The position numbers and the translations under genes are program-made. 57,524 nt of DNA, taken from contig JAUGWO010000039.1 in NCBI GenBank assembly GCA_049724395.1, forward strand, positions 62,001-119,524, written 5' to 3'. The DNA is from Spongospora subterranea f. sp. subterranea. Its lineage: Eukaryota. Shown piece after piece: positions 1 to 13,253 of this stretch. The notes beneath the pieces were generated by a model. It did no database searches and was not told where the DNA came from. It saw only the letters and a program-made list of their open reading frames with translations. The stretch's first letter is position 1, and every line of letters starts with the position of its first letter.

Positions 1-322
1 TGGGCGATTACAAAGCTCCCTGGTCGCAAATGGACTGTTTCTCGCCTATCAATGATAATGCATGCGTGCATAATCCTTCATAATATGGTGATAGAGGATG
101 AACGCAGCAGCCACAAGCTCGGTCAAGACTTAGAGTTTGATGGACCTGTGAGTGCACGAGCGCGAACCAGCAACGTCATGGTACTTCGTTGCGCTGACGA
201 TCTGGTTGACGGTTCCTTTTGGTGCAACGGCAGCCAGAATGATGGCGACGCGCGATTTCGAAGCAGGAGCTCAGCTAAAACAAGATCTGATTGCGGAAAT
301 ATGGAAAACGCATGGGAATTAA
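1..322 (+). pseudogene. Harbinger transposase/nuclease C-terminus (partial, frameshifted)
   Basis: IMHACIILHNMVIEDE motif; terminal LKQDLIAEIW..* lies in another frame and ends at TAA 320-322. Confidence 0.85.
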
Positions 323-329
323 ATTGCTT

Positions 330-1152
330 TTATTCAGAATTTTTTGGCAATTGAGCTTTGAGGTTTTCTAACGCCTGCTGTTTTTTCAATGCCAGGTACT
401 GCGCGCCAACATGGTCATCATCGCGGACGACGATGCTGAACAGAGCCAGTTCGTTCTGCTCTTGCAGCAGCTCGTTACGGCGCGTCTGCGATGCAGCAAT
501 GTCTTGCTTGACTTTCAGAAGCTGCTGACGACTCTCGTCTTCGCGCTTATCGCCAAGCAGATTTTTTTTGGCAGCCTTGCAGCCGAGTGGGCGTTCACCA
601 TCTTGGCTTCCTTGCACGCCCTCTAAAACGGCTCGCTCCCTTTTTGCTGCCAAAGGGCTGGTGATCACCTACACACAATGCGTTACATTGCAAATTTATC
701 ATACTCAATTCAGTTGATTTCACCTTCCACTTGTCGCCAAACGCTTGCAGAGCCCGCCAACACGATTCAAATTCAAAGGACACGTTTTGTTCCTTTTCAA
801 AAAGGTCGTGGGCGAACTGAAGATAATCTTCATCATTAGACCCGCTCCTTTCGATGGACGTCGCAGTAGAATAGTACCCGATAAAAAGGTTTATCGCTGT
901 TTGTAGGACGCTCCACCGGTTCTTCAGGGCTTTTTGTGTTCGGTCGGAAGAGCCGCCGCGCGCTACAAACGACGTTGACACCTTTTCCCAATACACGGTG
1001 CCTTTCTGATCGACACCGTTGATGGAATCGTAGCCAACCGATCCTACCGCACGCGTAAGCGCGAGGTTTTCCTCGTCTTTCCATGATTTGCCTCGACCGG
1101 CCTTCTGTGTTGCTCCGGGAGCAACACACTCCTCGACAACTGAATCATTCAT
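330..1152 (-). CDS. Harbinger accessory Myb/SANT-like protein with NAM-associated-type C-terminus, 2 exons (1152-724, 668-330), 255 aa
   Basis: W..EE..L..A, DQK..YW, F.FE.CW and RPLGCKAAK motifs; a phase-0 GT..AG intron at 723-669 joins the two ORFs in frame. Confidence 0.85.
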
Positions 1153-2249
1153 GATTGACTGTAATTGTCATGGAATTACTCCGTGGGGACAGCTTTCGGG
1201 CAGTCCCCATATTTTATTTGTTTCGGGCAGTCCCCAAAATTTGGGGTCGATTTCGGAGTTTTTTTGGGGATGGGGACTGCGGTGGGGATAAATTTTGTCC
1301 CCAAAGACTTTGAAAAAGTGCGTTGGGACTGTTTTAGGGACGCGGTGGAGATGCTCTAATGGATTCCAATCTGATTTGACGATTATTGATAAACAACCTC
1401 GCTCGTTGGAGCCTTACGACGCTTAGAGTCGAACGCCCAGATGTTCGACTCTATAGAGTCGAGAGGTTGTTTATTAATAAACGTCAAATCAGAGTGGCCT
1501 CCATTAGTCCGCACTGTATATCGCAGCTTGCGTACCGTACAATGATTTTTCTGTTCCCATATCCAAGATACAAAGTTGCAGATTATTTGGCCACCGCTGA
1601 CGGTGCTTTGATCGTTCCTATAGCAATCTATCATAAAAATCACAGCACGCGCAGTGGAATACTAGACTTATTTACCTGTAAAATTCTTTCCAATGTTCGC
1701 AGGGAAATATGTTCGTTATATTTCCTCTGCAAGGATAACGTATTTCTTGTATCGGAATATTACGGATAATCAGAGCTCGGACATCATCAATTTATTCGGT
1801 GCTCTTAATGGCTGCCGAAACTGGAAGGGAACGCTGGAATTGATGCTTCTTTATCCAACGTTGAAGTGTGCGGTGAGAAATGTCGATCTGGTGGTGCTTC
1901 CTGAGACCCTACACTATATCCTCATTGCATTCACCAGCTTCCAACTTCCTCTGTGCGATATTTAAAACAATTGGTTCTGCATCTGCCGACAACTCTCGAC
2001 GAAAAACGCTAGCCTCAACGGCGAAATTAATCGACGAGTGAATGGAAAATGCAACCACAAAAAAAAATAAATGCGTGTCGCACTATGGCGGTTCTCGCAT
2101 TCCCTACCGTAGACTTTGGTGTTGTGCAGTATGCAAACCCTGTAATCTCGGTTCAATACCCAATGGATAATGTAGAGTTGGTGAAATCGTCGGGTTACAT
2201 TCCGACAGCAACGGTCGCTCTGTGAATCGCACGGTATTTGCGGCAACTG

Positions 2250-2770
2250 GATGAACGAGGGCGACTTCATTCGCTTCAAGGTTGTCACTGTTGATTGTGA
2301 TCGACAAGTGCAACAGGCAATCGCATGCCACCGGATTCGCGATGGCGTCGAGAGCTGTCGCGTGGGGTCGACATCCTTGAGTGACGGCGCTGATTTGAAC
2401 TCGACGGGAATCATAGCACCGTCGGCGAGCTAAAGAATTTTGGAAAATGTTTGACACTATGTACATGCTAAACATCATTTCCATTTAGCGTACAGGTCGT
2501 GGTCTCATGGTGGCGTTGAGACGGCAAATTCTCACGTTCTGTCAGCGTTATCGGAAATGCGACTTAATCGAAATGAGTGGCCTACACTCCTGCGGTTGAT
2601 TTGTTTTTCTTCGAATAACTCGGTCTCACCGTCATTTGGATTTGCTCCAATCACGCTGTTTTCGGGCAGAGAGCCATCGCCTCCGTTCGATGCAATCTGG
2701 TCCCCGAACAGGTCGAATGTTCTACGCGTGCAACTATCAACAGAAGAGTTAGATGATCATGTTGCTTAGT
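2250..2770 (+). mobile_element. Degenerate Gypsy integrase/chromodomain-like fragments
   Basis: EWPTLL..ICFSSNNS.SPSFGFAPITLFSGREP resembles the integrase core C-terminus; weak chromodomain-like stretch at 2251-2400. Confidence 0.5.
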
Positions 2771-3699
2771 TAAGAAACAGGTTTGCCAATATGCATCGTG
2801 AAGTGTCACACATTCGAGAAGAATTACGTCGACATAACCGACATCCAAGCTCAACTTCAATTGGCATGGACCCCGCACGTATCAAGGAAGTCGTGTCCGA
2901 ATTTGTTTTCAAGTGGAAAATCTGATTACCAGACAAGTTTCTGATTTGCATTTGCAACGCCTCCAGTTTTTATGCGGATTCCTCTTTTGGACGTAACCAC
3001 TGAAATGTTAGCTCAAATAGCACATGATAACGCAGTTCCAAGACATTATGGATGTTCGTCAGGACGAGGGCGGGAATAACCTGTTCAAGTTCATTGATTC
3101 GGTCTCTATAGAAAGACGATCCTTTAATAACTGGACCAGTATCAGATTAATCTATTCTCCCAGGGAATGAACTAGTTGATGTACAATAATTCATCCATGT
3201 ATCGTTGCATAAACCGGAGCCATGCCAACTATCTCTGTTTCCACAATCACCGTCATGTCGACACCGTGGAAGCCATGCCAGTTATCTCTGTTTCCACAAT
3301 CACCGTCATGTTCCACACCGTGGTGTTGTTTTTGAATGAAGCACATGGGTGGTGTTACACTCGAATACAACACCATGGTGTTACGTTACGAATTTATGAA
3401 TCAGGTTTCGCCCGCTACTTGTTTTATGTCATATCGGTTCTCAGTTCTCGTTCCAGCAAAGCGAAAGAGGTATATTTCATTGAGGTTAAGTCGGATATGG
3501 TTCGAGCAGATGGGAATTGGATCAAGGAGTTCTAGCCATTGTCTACGTAGCAGTGAGACCTTTCGCTTTGAGCTCGAGGGGGTGCATTAACGGAGACTCT
3601 CCAACGACGACAATCTGGTGGAGGAAGAAAGCCACAGTTTGATGAGCAGGGTAACTTATCGTACCCAAATGGGTTATGGGTTGGATTAGGCACAGACGT

Positions 3700-5025
3700 A
3701 CCCCATCAAATTATTCATGAATCAAGATTCGCTGGTTGGTTGGAAAGGCATGATTCTTGCCGAAATTCGACATTTCAATCTGGAACGAGCCTGGCTCAAA
3801 TGTGTCTTTGGGATATTAGGCGACGATAGATTAGGCGATGTCAATGAACGTCCTGATTAAGGTATCTACCAAAATGTCTATTGGCACGTAAAATTGTTGG
3901 AGAGAAAGTCAACCCGATGTCTACCGTCGTGCCAGCTCAGTCTCCCTCAGAGTAAAGACGCGGACTGCGGAGATACCCTTGTACGGTTGTAGTTTGTTCA
4001 TTGTTTTCAACACAACGGATGTATACCTGTTGAAACGTAAGATTAACAGTCGAAGGCGCTATGGGCGATAACCAAGCGATACCTGCGATACCGACCGAAG
4101 GATCAGAGGGAGGGATTCCCCGAGAAAAACTCAAATTTCCATGTTTGAATGGTGAGTCAAATTATGTCACCTGGGCCAAGAAGGCTAGACTCCATATCAA
4201 GGGGATCGGAGCAAAGCATCTTGATGGCGAGACAGTTGATTCCCAACCTGATCTGACATCGACGAAAGATAAGAGGCTGGATGATCGTGTCCATGCTCAA
4301 TTATGTCTCTGCGTTGGGGATGACATTTTCAGTTTCGTGGACGAGATTGAGACCACTCATGCAGCATGGTTTGCATTAAAGAATCGATTATCCCTTTGTA
4401 GATTACAAGAGTGCAGCCAAGTGCTAAAGAACTTGTTCAGGATAGAGCAAGGATCCTTCATTGTTAAGCAGTATATCGCCAACGTGGAGTCGGCAATGAA
4501 CGATGTCAAAGCAATTGCTTCAAAACACTTAACGATCCCGGATTCGCTGAAGGCGATGATTATTTCGATGGGTGTAAATGATCGATTACGTTGATTCGAT
4601 TGATGCGGCTCTGCAAGAAGAAACATTACCTCGGAATCAGTTACTGCCAATCTCTTCTGAAAGAAATTGCTGTAGCGCATTGCGCCATATATCTTGGCCC
4701 AGGTGACATAATTTGACTTACCATCCAAACATGGAAATTTGAGTTTTTCCCCGGGTATCCCTCCCTCTGATCCTTCGTTCGGTATCGCTTGGTGATCGCC
4801 CATAGCGCCATCGACTGTTAATCTTACCTACATCCCATCAAATTTTTCATGAATCAAGATTCGCTTCTTGGTTGGAAAGGCGTGATTCTTGCCGAAATTC
4901 GACATTTCAATCTGGAACGAGCCTGGCTCAAATGTGTCTTTGCGATATAAGGCGACGATAGATTAGGCGATGTCAATGAACGTCCTGATTGGGGTACTTA
5001 CCAAAATGTCTATTGGCACGTAAAA
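3700..5025. repeat. ~190 bp direct repeats (3700-3893, 4832-5025) flanking a Copia gag fragment
   Basis: cccatcaaat..ttggcacgtaaaa occurs twice with few mismatches. Confidence 0.9.
4061..4594 (+). mobile_element. Ty1/Copia gag fragment (UBN2-like)
   Basis: FPCLNGESNYVTWAKK...AQLCLCVGDDIFSFV...AAWFALK. Confidence 0.75.
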
Positions 5026-5492
5026 ATATGGCCCTTTGTCTCTGAGTATTGGCAATTTAGAAAATCCAATTGGTTGAATTCAAATTGACGCAGATGTAGG
5101 AATCGGAAGATATATCGACTCTGACTATTACAAAGCGTACGATTAGATGATGCCGCGGGAAATTAATACAGACATTCTTGCTGCTTCGGTCAACGAAGGT
5201 TTGACATCGAAGTCAAGAATGCACAAACAAGGTTTGTCTCTATATTTTCAAGTCCTAATCCAGTTCAGAAAAGATGTTGCTTGGTACGAATTGGTGAATT
5301 ATTTCAGTGTCCAATGTCGCGATTAACTGCTCATATTTCTCAATAGATTGGAATATAATAATGTTGTGTTGATTACTATTACAACACCATGGTGTGGTGT
5401 TTCGAGTTACCGTCCAATTTCGATACACTTTGCGTGTGAAACCGCAACGTCGAACGCAGCGCCGATCTGAACTGGCGCTACATAGATCAGAG

Positions 5493-5900
5493 TCACGAGA
5501 AATCAAAATCCAGAACGGGATTGGGTATATGGCCATCGTCATCCACGACAACGGTGTTGAGATACTCGTAGATATCGTCCTCGATCCGCTCGCTAAGATG
5601 CTTGAGATAGATGAGCGGGTAAAGCATCGAGAAGAGCCCGATGAAGGTGGCCAGGGCCATAACCCCAAACACGACCAGCGGACCGATTAGCGCGATCAAC
5701 GTGATCAGATAGGTCAATCGTATCAACCGACGCAGCGGCTCAGCACATAATCGCAGCAGATTCGCTTGCACGAGTCGATGTGATGGCGTATAATCGTGCT
5801 CTCGCTCGCCCGATGATAATCTCATGGCGAATATCGCCCATAGCTTCATTGGTGCTCTCGTTCGGCCCGTAATCTCCCGATGAATAGCATCGGACCGTGT
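5493..5900 (-). CDS. Possible exon of an unknown membrane protein
   Basis: Long hydrophobic stretch LTYLITLIALIGPLVVFGVMALATFIGLFSMLYPLIYL followed by an acidic tail; gene model unresolved. Confidence 0.3.
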   Translation of the reverse strand, partial: TRSDAIHREITGRTRAPMKLWAIFAMRLSSGEREHDYTPSHRLVQANLLRLCAEPLRRLIRLTYLITLIALIGPLVVFGVMALATFIGLFSMLYPLIYLKHLSERIEDDIYEYLNTVVVDDDGHIPNPVLDFDFS

Positions 5901-7522
5901 TCACCGTTATATTGATGAACTGTGTGTTTTCGGCGGTGAGTATTGACCGAAAGGAACTGGAACTGTTTTTGAGCTGAGCATGACAGAAAACCATTAGTCA
6001 GTCTTTTCAGATCCTTCAAACACATCTTCGCCAGACCCGAAACCACATTGACCCAGCTTTATCCAACGTAAAATTGGCGTCGGACGTTAAGATGCTATTG
6101 AAGTAAAGAACCAACATCGTCGGTTTTTCTGCAGCAATGAGTCTGTGTGTGATAACACGACAGATCAACAACATGTTGATTGATTTGGGCGCTCCTTTCA
6201 TTGTGTATTTTCCCATCCGATCCGTATTGGCTGAATAGTTCAAGCTCTTTTTTTTTAACTATGGGAGCACGCGATCGATTCCCAACAGAAGACGCCCAGG
6301 GGAGCACAATAAATTACGATTTGGTTAGCGAATTTTTTTGACAATCCGAAAATATTCCGTTTTCCGTTGGTTTCCGACCCCAATCTGAAATAATCTCTGG
6401 ACAATTGCAGGAGATGATGGAACCTGTAAATGTGTTTGTTTAGACTGTCAATAGGTCAGAAATGATGACGCCAAACGAACCTCTTGACGTGGATTCTGAA
6501 AACACAATTGGCGATCACAAGTTCTACAGCAAGGTATCCTCCCTGATTTCTGCTCAAGGGAGGTCCCTCCTGGCCATGGCGCTAGCCGATTGTGTACTTT
6601 GAACTCCGGGTCATAACTTGATCCCCAAATAAAAAACCATTGTTGGCGGTTCAAGGCAGAACCGAAACAGCCCAGAAGGCAGGATATTCTGTGAATCTGC
6701 TCCATGTCAACGTAACGGGCCGTCGTCCGAAACCCAATTGCCAATTTTCTGGGTTTGATGAACTCAGATGATGATCTGTGGAGATTTTCGACGTCGATTT
6801 TGAGGACCGTAGCCGCGAGTTTCTGGCCATTAAAGATTCGTATATGCATTGAAAAGCGTATTGACTAGTTGTGTTTGGAGCATTGAGGTCAATCAACAAC
6901 GTACTGGAAATCCTCGTACAGAAAAGTGCATTTGCTGCCAAATGATTGTTTTTGTCAGAGGGACAATCTTGCATCCGCATGGTTATTGGAGCGTTGGCAA
7001 TCTGATATAAGTGACAACGCTTTCGCTAGAGGGTGTATTTCTCGCGAAGACCATCTCTGTGAATCCTGGTGGATTGAAATGTGTCCTTTGGGCAAATAGG
7101 CACTCGCCGGGTTCGATAAATGACTATGTATTCATCATCCTTTAAGACGATCGATGTCGTCATTGCTGCTCGGATCGATGATGGGCGAATCTCTCGAGGG
7201 AATATGTCGCTTCAACCTTTGACCACAGCCATGATTTCATAGATAATCTAATATCAAAATCATACCCATTTTCATTTCAGTAACCGGCTCAAGTCTGAGA
7301 CCACTGAACAAAACACTCGAGATCTACTAGAAGTAATAAGCGAAACGATGTTTCGTGAGTTTTGTCGTTCGATGAACGAGCGAATCTATCGGAAATCCGT
7401 CAAACCAAAGTTGAACACAGTGCGCATTGGGTCCAGTGTGACTGATTGAGGTAGTTTTTGCCATTGCCGAGTCGTCCTGGCCCCCCCTCCCCATCCGACA
7501 ACGTCATAATAACGCTTCATCA

Positions 7523-8687
7523 ATGTCGGACGAAGGCATCCCGCCAGCACCGACTGACGGCGATGGCGCTACGCCCAGCCGGCGCATGTCCTGGATCGGA
7601 GTCGACTACTTCCAGGCGTTGCGTCATCACAAACAGGCAACGCACGAAGAACTGAGGCGCATCCCGGCCCAGATCAACAACATCTTGTCGGTGCGATTCG
7701 CTCCGAACGGGCGCCAGTTCGCCGTATCGGTGGCCGATGGCTGCATGGGGATTTACCAGCTTCACGATGGCCAGTGCCTGCATTTCATTCCCGGATCGGC
7801 GTCGGGATCGCCGGCAACCGCGTTGCGATTCCGTCAGGGCGCCGATACGGGAATGGTCGGGGACGTTCTGGTCGCCGTCTACACCAATGGCCATATCACC
7901 GAATGGAACTACACGACGGGCGAGAAGATACGCCATCTGGTCGAGAACAACAACCAGATTATGGCCATCGATTTTACTTCGGATTCGTTGATGTTCGCCA
8001 CCGCCGGCAAAGACAAATGTGTGCGATTATACGACGAATGCACCGGGACGATGATCCGATCCCTCGAGGGACACGCTAATCGCGTCTTTGCCGTCAAATT
8101 CGCCAGCGTTGACCGACACGTGTTGCTATCGGGCGGGTGGGACGATATGGTGAAGGTGTGGGACACGCGTATGGGGAGTCATGGAGCCGCCCAGGGCCTG
8201 CTGTTCGGTCCCCATATCTGTGGCGACGCCATCGACGTATCTGGGCACGAGGTGCTGACGGGCTCGTGGTCGCAGAAGGACAATCTGCAGTTATGGGATC
8301 TGAGAACGATGACCAACACGATCACGTCGGAAGACACATCGTCGATGCTTTACACTGCACAATTCAGCACAGTATGTTGCGATTCTGCCCCCGAAACGCT
8401 GTGGATTTCCTGACGCCATCTAGGTCGGCCCTCGCAAAATCGGAATCGGTGGCAGTAAAACCGATCAATTCTGCTTGTACGATCGGGAGGGCGAACATGG
8501 ACTCAATCAGTTTGGTCCTCGACTATTACGCCATCAGACGGAGGGGACGTATTCCTGTCACTTCAGCCCATCGTCCATGGATTTCTTGGCCGCCGGCGGC
8601 GGCAACGTCGTCAAGGCCGTCGATTTGAAAACGGGATCGTGTCGCGATATCGTCGCCGTCGGGTTCCGTGTTGTCCCTAAATGGTAG
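7523..8687 (+). CDS. WD40-repeat protein, 2 exons (7523-8371, 8424-8687)
   Basis: Repeats such as GHANRVFAVKF..LLSGGWDDMVKVWD; phase-0 intron 8372-8423 (GTATGT..CTGAC..TAG) joins in frame to the 8475-8687 ORF. Confidence 0.93.
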
Positions 8688-9169
8688 ATCAGGGCGAACA
8701 ACAAAATATATACGTAAATACAAAAACAGTAAATCCCAAATCATCGGCCAGATGTTTCAACCGTTCTTCAAAGTGGTGACCGCGATGTGTTTCGGTCCCT
8801 TTTTCTGAGCAACGCCACGATCGTCCAACTCGGCAACCAATGCCCATCATCGTCACCATCACCATCGTCTGTTGGTTTCCGAACTTGTGTCACCAACTGG
8901 GGTGTTTCCACAATCGGTTTTAAGAGCCCAATAAGAAACGTTTAAAGTGGGAGTAAAACACAGCACCAGAGGACACACAGATTTGACACCATCTTCTAAT
9001 TCATCAACCTAAAACCGATCATCCAGTGAACTCAGAAAACACTGGAGCGAGGTCTGAGCAGGGAATTCCCTCATTGCACTATCCTCTTCGTCAGTGAAGT
9101 CCTCTTCGTCAGTGAAAACAGATGGCCCAAATACGATTGTGTGTCGATCACAGTGGGCCCTGAACAACA

Positions 9170-9700
9170 GCACGAACCGAGAACCGTTTCGTCTCGATCC
9201 CATCGATAACAGCCCAACGGGAGCCCAATGCTACACCACAATCGATTTTTGCGGACCCGTCAACGCCATTCGGTCCCAAGAACGCTCCCGCCCTCGATCC
9301 AACGATCAACGAACGAGGCGTTTCAAGAATTTCTATGGTTGTGGATGATATTTTTGATCAATGTCGCACCACCGATTGAGCAGGGAGGTCACGTTGAGGT
9401 CGTTCTGCAGAAGGAAGCGGGTTAGTCGTCCGCTCACGAAATGTGCTTGTGGTGTAAAATTCCTTCGGCTCCGGGGAAAACATCCGATGTCACAACGTGG
9501 CGAACGGTGTTGAATGTGTTCCCTGGATTTGCCAATCTCTATCGAGACGTCATTGCAAATTATTTGCAGCTTGCGACGAGCATCTACGAGTTGACCGCGA
9601 CGGGTGTGCCATGTTCGTGGCAATCGTATCACCAGGAAGCTGTTGTGGCGTTCGCATACGCTTTCACCAACGCCCCAATATTGGCCCATTTTCGTGTCTG
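9170..9700 (+). mobile_element. Degenerate Gypsy reverse transcriptase/connection fragment
   Basis: FPGFANLYRDVIANY..LT...W...Q.A..AFTNAPILAHF; several frameshifts. Confidence 0.75.
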
Positions 9701-10304
9701 GTGACACTGGCGCTGGTCAATATCGCCATCGGCACGTCCCATCGCATTTCATTTGGAGGAGTTGCCGCCAGCAGGTCGAGATCAGTTCCACCAAACCGGA
9801 AGATGTGGGACCGAGATGGGGCTGCGGTGAGCGCGTTCGTGATCGCATCGGCCGCTTTCCGTGATGATGCGATTGCCATGAACATGGCACATTTTCCAAA
9901 TACGCGACGCATGATGAAAGAATCACTGGCAACCGCGGCAGCGCTCTTTCGCGTTGGCGCCATAGCAGCCCTCACAATGTCAATGATCATGGATCGTTTT
10001 ACTCGTCGAAGATTGCCCCCGGGTCGACAAAGGTGCACGATATCGTCATCCATCATCGTGCCGGGTCACTATCAGGTCGGCCAGACGCGCTCGCTCTCGA
10101 GGCGACCTGGATACGAGATTCAACATCATGACCTGGTCTGGCTTGTATCGAGGATATAATTCAGGAGATGTTTTTGTCTTTTTTGCGGTGGAATTGGTCA
10201 CGGCGACGACAGTGTTCAATGGGATTTCCCACGACCTGTGGGTTCCGTATTTGACTAATCTGACAGAATGGCTCCTCGGCAGCGTCTTTCGAAATGTTTC
10301 GGCG

Positions 10305-10600
10305 ATGGGTCGGAAGTGGACGAGCAAGAGCGAGCTGTTAGCCATAGCGACATTTCTTGAATGTCGGGAAAATTTCGCCATTTGTCACAGGTGGATCGGC
10401 TAAGGGGACTTCTCTGGTCGCAAGGGGCGAAATCTCACGAAGGTGGAAGGCTATGGCTGCCTACATAAACAAAGTCACTGACACCAAAGGAGCGGTTATG
10501 GACACACGAAGTTACAGCAGTTTCTGGAAAACCTGTACAGAACTGTGAAAATGGATCAATACTGTAGTGTCGGATAATTCGTTGACAGATGAGGAAAATC
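10305..10600 (+). pseudogene. Degenerate Myb-like transposon accessory fragment
   Basis: MGRKWT..ELL..FLE..N..TG...G...WKAMAAYIN across frameshifts. Confidence 0.3.
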
Positions 10601-10954
10601 GACTACCAAACGCCGATTTCCGCAATTGCAGATGGCGCGATGTTTCGCCGACGCACATACAAAGCATCCCTACGAGCGGGAAAGGGGCACAATTGACCAA
10701 TCTGATTGTTCTTAGACCGGTTTTGATCCTTCTTCGTTTGTTGTAAAATTTCCAGAAACTGCTGTAATGGCCATTGGCAATATCGTAGGTTCAAAACCGT
10801 TCTTCAGTTTTATTCGGTGCATTTTCGTGGGCAGCCATGGCTTTGACGCCTTCCACGTTCGTCAGTTGTTGCCCTGCAACAAAAAACGTTGTCGATGCCG
10901 TTCTGATCTCATGCTGTCAATATCAACCCGGCCACGAACTCAAGCAAGTAAAAC

Positions 10955-11065
10955 GCGCCGAAAAATGGTGTGTCCTTTGTCGCGACCGCCACAGTCAAGC
11001 TCATTGAGGCAGACACACCAGCTTCGTGTGTGTAAAATTCTGTCCAGTACGGCCTGTGTGTCTCA
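10955..11065 (+). mobile_element. piggyBac-like C-terminal Cys-rich domain remnant
   Basis: KWCVLC..H..AH*GRHTSF.C..CPV; nucleotide-level homolog at 31430-31530. Confidence 0.5.
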
Positions 11066-11381
11066 CGATGGTTCAACGATCGACACAGCCGAAGCTCCCT
11101 AGAGCATCGCCAAGTCGCAGGCGATAATTTTGGGGTGGGAGAATGTCGAGTCTGCCACAGCGGGTGGGAGCAACAGCGCCCAGGGTCATCGACGATCGCG
11201 ACGCCGTTCCAGCTGATTCAGACACCCAATGAACAGACACATTCGCTATGGGAGGAATGCGACTCTTATGTTGACCCATTCAGCATTTTATATTGGAAAA
11301 CTACTGGACGTCTTTACTGCACCTCAATTTTTCAGTACAGTAGTCATGAAATTATTGATGTAAAGTGGCGCTCGGAAAGAT

Positions 11382-11918
11382 GTTCAGGTTTGATCGACTT
11401 CTTCAAAAAAAAAGTGTTGTCGCCGTTGCTTTGAAAATATGTTGATTTTTTCCATGAAACCCTAGTAGATTTACGTGAAAACATTGGATTCTGTCTCGCC
11501 TCATGTCGTGAATGTGCTGCCAACGATTTCGTTACCCACTGTTCTCGCCAGGGACAGATGGCGAAACGTATCACGAACGTTACGACTGGAGACGCGACAC
11601 TGCCGCGGCCTCCCACAGCCAGGTGCCCAAAACCGTGAAATCTCTCGGTTCAGGTTTGATCGACTTCTTCAAAAAAGTGTTGCCGCCGTTGCTTTGAAAA
11701 TATGTTGATTTCCCATGAAACCCTAGTAGATTGACGTCATTGGATCTCTCCCCTCATGTCGTGAATGTGTTGCCAACGATTTCGTTACTCACTGTTCTGG
11801 CCAGGGACAGATGGCGAAACGGGCGGATTCAACTTGGCGTATCGACTTACGACTGGTGGCGCGACACTGCCCCGCGGCCTCCCACAGCCAGGTGCCCAAA
11901 TCCGTGACATCTCTCGGG
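11382..11918. repeat. Tandem duplication of a ~265 bp unit (11382-11648, 11649-11918)
   Basis: gttcaggtttgatcgacttc...atctctcgg occurs twice. Confidence 0.9.
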
Positions 11919-12045
11919 CACTCGGAAGTCATCATGTTTTCTGAAACTGATCGATCAATGCAAGCAAGGAAGAGAGCCGAGGACTGGGATACTCCAGAAT
12001 TCGACATCACCGACTTCTAGGTAGTTCCGACGCAGATAAAGGGGT

Positions 12046-12253
12046 GTGCCTTTGGGCATTGATGGCGACTGTTGCTATCGCTATCGGAAAAAACCCGAAA
12101 TTATGGGGGCCCGAATTAGCCATTTGGCAATCGGCGCGGTACGGTACCAAGACCCAACACTTTAAAGCAGGGGATTAATCGAAAGCCATAATCGGGTTTT
12201 CTAAATATCGCCTCATAGCGATCGCTACAACTACCATCAATGGCCAAAGGCAC
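12046..12253. mobile_element. MITE-like element, 208 bp
   Basis: Imperfect ~39 bp TIRs GTGCCTTTGGGCATTGATGG / CCATCAATGGCCAAAGGCAC; no TSD seen. Confidence 0.65.
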
Positions 12254-12276
12254 TTTGTCTGTGTCAGGATTATCTC

Positions 12277-12870
12277 CGTTGTTTATTAACGATTGTACGC
12301 TGTCTACGCAGGGCTTCGCGTCTGAACGAGTAGGACGCCGACAGGAGTTGCTTCGGTTGAGCGCCTAGAACGGCCAGACGCTTCAGCACCGCTCCGACGT
12401 GAGAGACAGGAATCCTGACGTGGTAGCGACGATGGGCGCGAAGGGGGCCAGGAACGCGTTGTCGTACTTGCGGTTCTTCTCAGGTTCTCGAGCTTCGAGC
12501 ATCCGGCGAATAGCATTCTTTGTCACGGAGGTCGGCTTCTCGGCATGGGCGGGACGGGGGGAGGCCAGGATCGCCTGATTGTGGATTGTAGAGGTCGCGA
12601 ACGAACGTCAAGTCAATACTGCCACAGACGCCGTTCGGGGCCGCTGGCCCGAGAACTCGAAGGTCGGCCCGTAGACTAGGGTTCGCGCCATCGTGGGCTT
12701 TGGCTTGAACCGAGTCAGGAACGCGCAAATCTTATCGTGGCTGGTCTTGGCGGGTTGGTTCTGTCGGATTTCACAGCGATCGCTAGACGCAGCTTGGGCA
12801 AATCGTCGCCGCCTCTGCATTGATTAGAAAGCGGTTGGTCAAGGCCGATCTTACTTGAGGGTTCGCCTTC
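12277..12870 (-). mobile_element. 3' remnant of a CRE/RLE-type non-LTR retrotransposon (zinc knuckle + REL endonuclease); inverted copy at 12870-13205
   Basis: CPSC..RC...SHDKI, RADLRV..IDLTFV and E.EKNRKY...PFAPIV.TTSG across frames; AATAAA at the 3' end; homologous to 41660-42080. Confidence 0.75.
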
Positions 12871-13253
12871 TGATCAACGCAGAGGCGGCGACGATTTGCC
12901 CACGCTGCGTCTAGCGATCGCTGCGAAATCCGACAGAACCAACCCGCCGAGACCAGCCACGATAAGATTTGCGCGTTCCTAACTCGGTTCAAGCCAAAGC
13001 CCACGCTGACCGTGATGGCGCGAACCCTAGTCTACGGGCCGACCTTCGAGTTCTCGGGCCAGCGGCCCCGAACGGCGTCTGTGGCAATATTGACTTGACG
13101 TTCGTTCGCGACCTCTACAATCCACAATCAGGCGATACTGGCCTCCCGCCGTCCGGCCCATCGCCGCTACCACATCCGGATTCCTGTCTCTCACGTCTGA
13201 GCGGCTGGATCCCAAGACCATGACATCGTGATCCGATACGTCAAGGGGGGCCA

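Larger units (their letters stand above)
1..1356. mobile_element. PIF/Harbinger DNA transposon, right part (left end outside window)
   Basis: Convergent transposase C-terminus and Myb/SANT-like ORF; ends in TGGAGATGCTC (1346-1356; reverse complement GAGCATCTCCA, a Harbinger/Tourist-type TIR) followed by TAA; GGGGAC/GTCCCC subterminal motifs at 1185-1340. Confidence 0.9.

Noticed and set aside
7520..8166. Antisense and alternate-frame ORFs over the WD40 gene
   Set aside because: Shadow ORFs of GC-rich coding sequence
12262..13225. Solo LTR bounded by TGTCA...TGACA
   Set aside because: No TSD, and the interior encodes RLE LINE motifs
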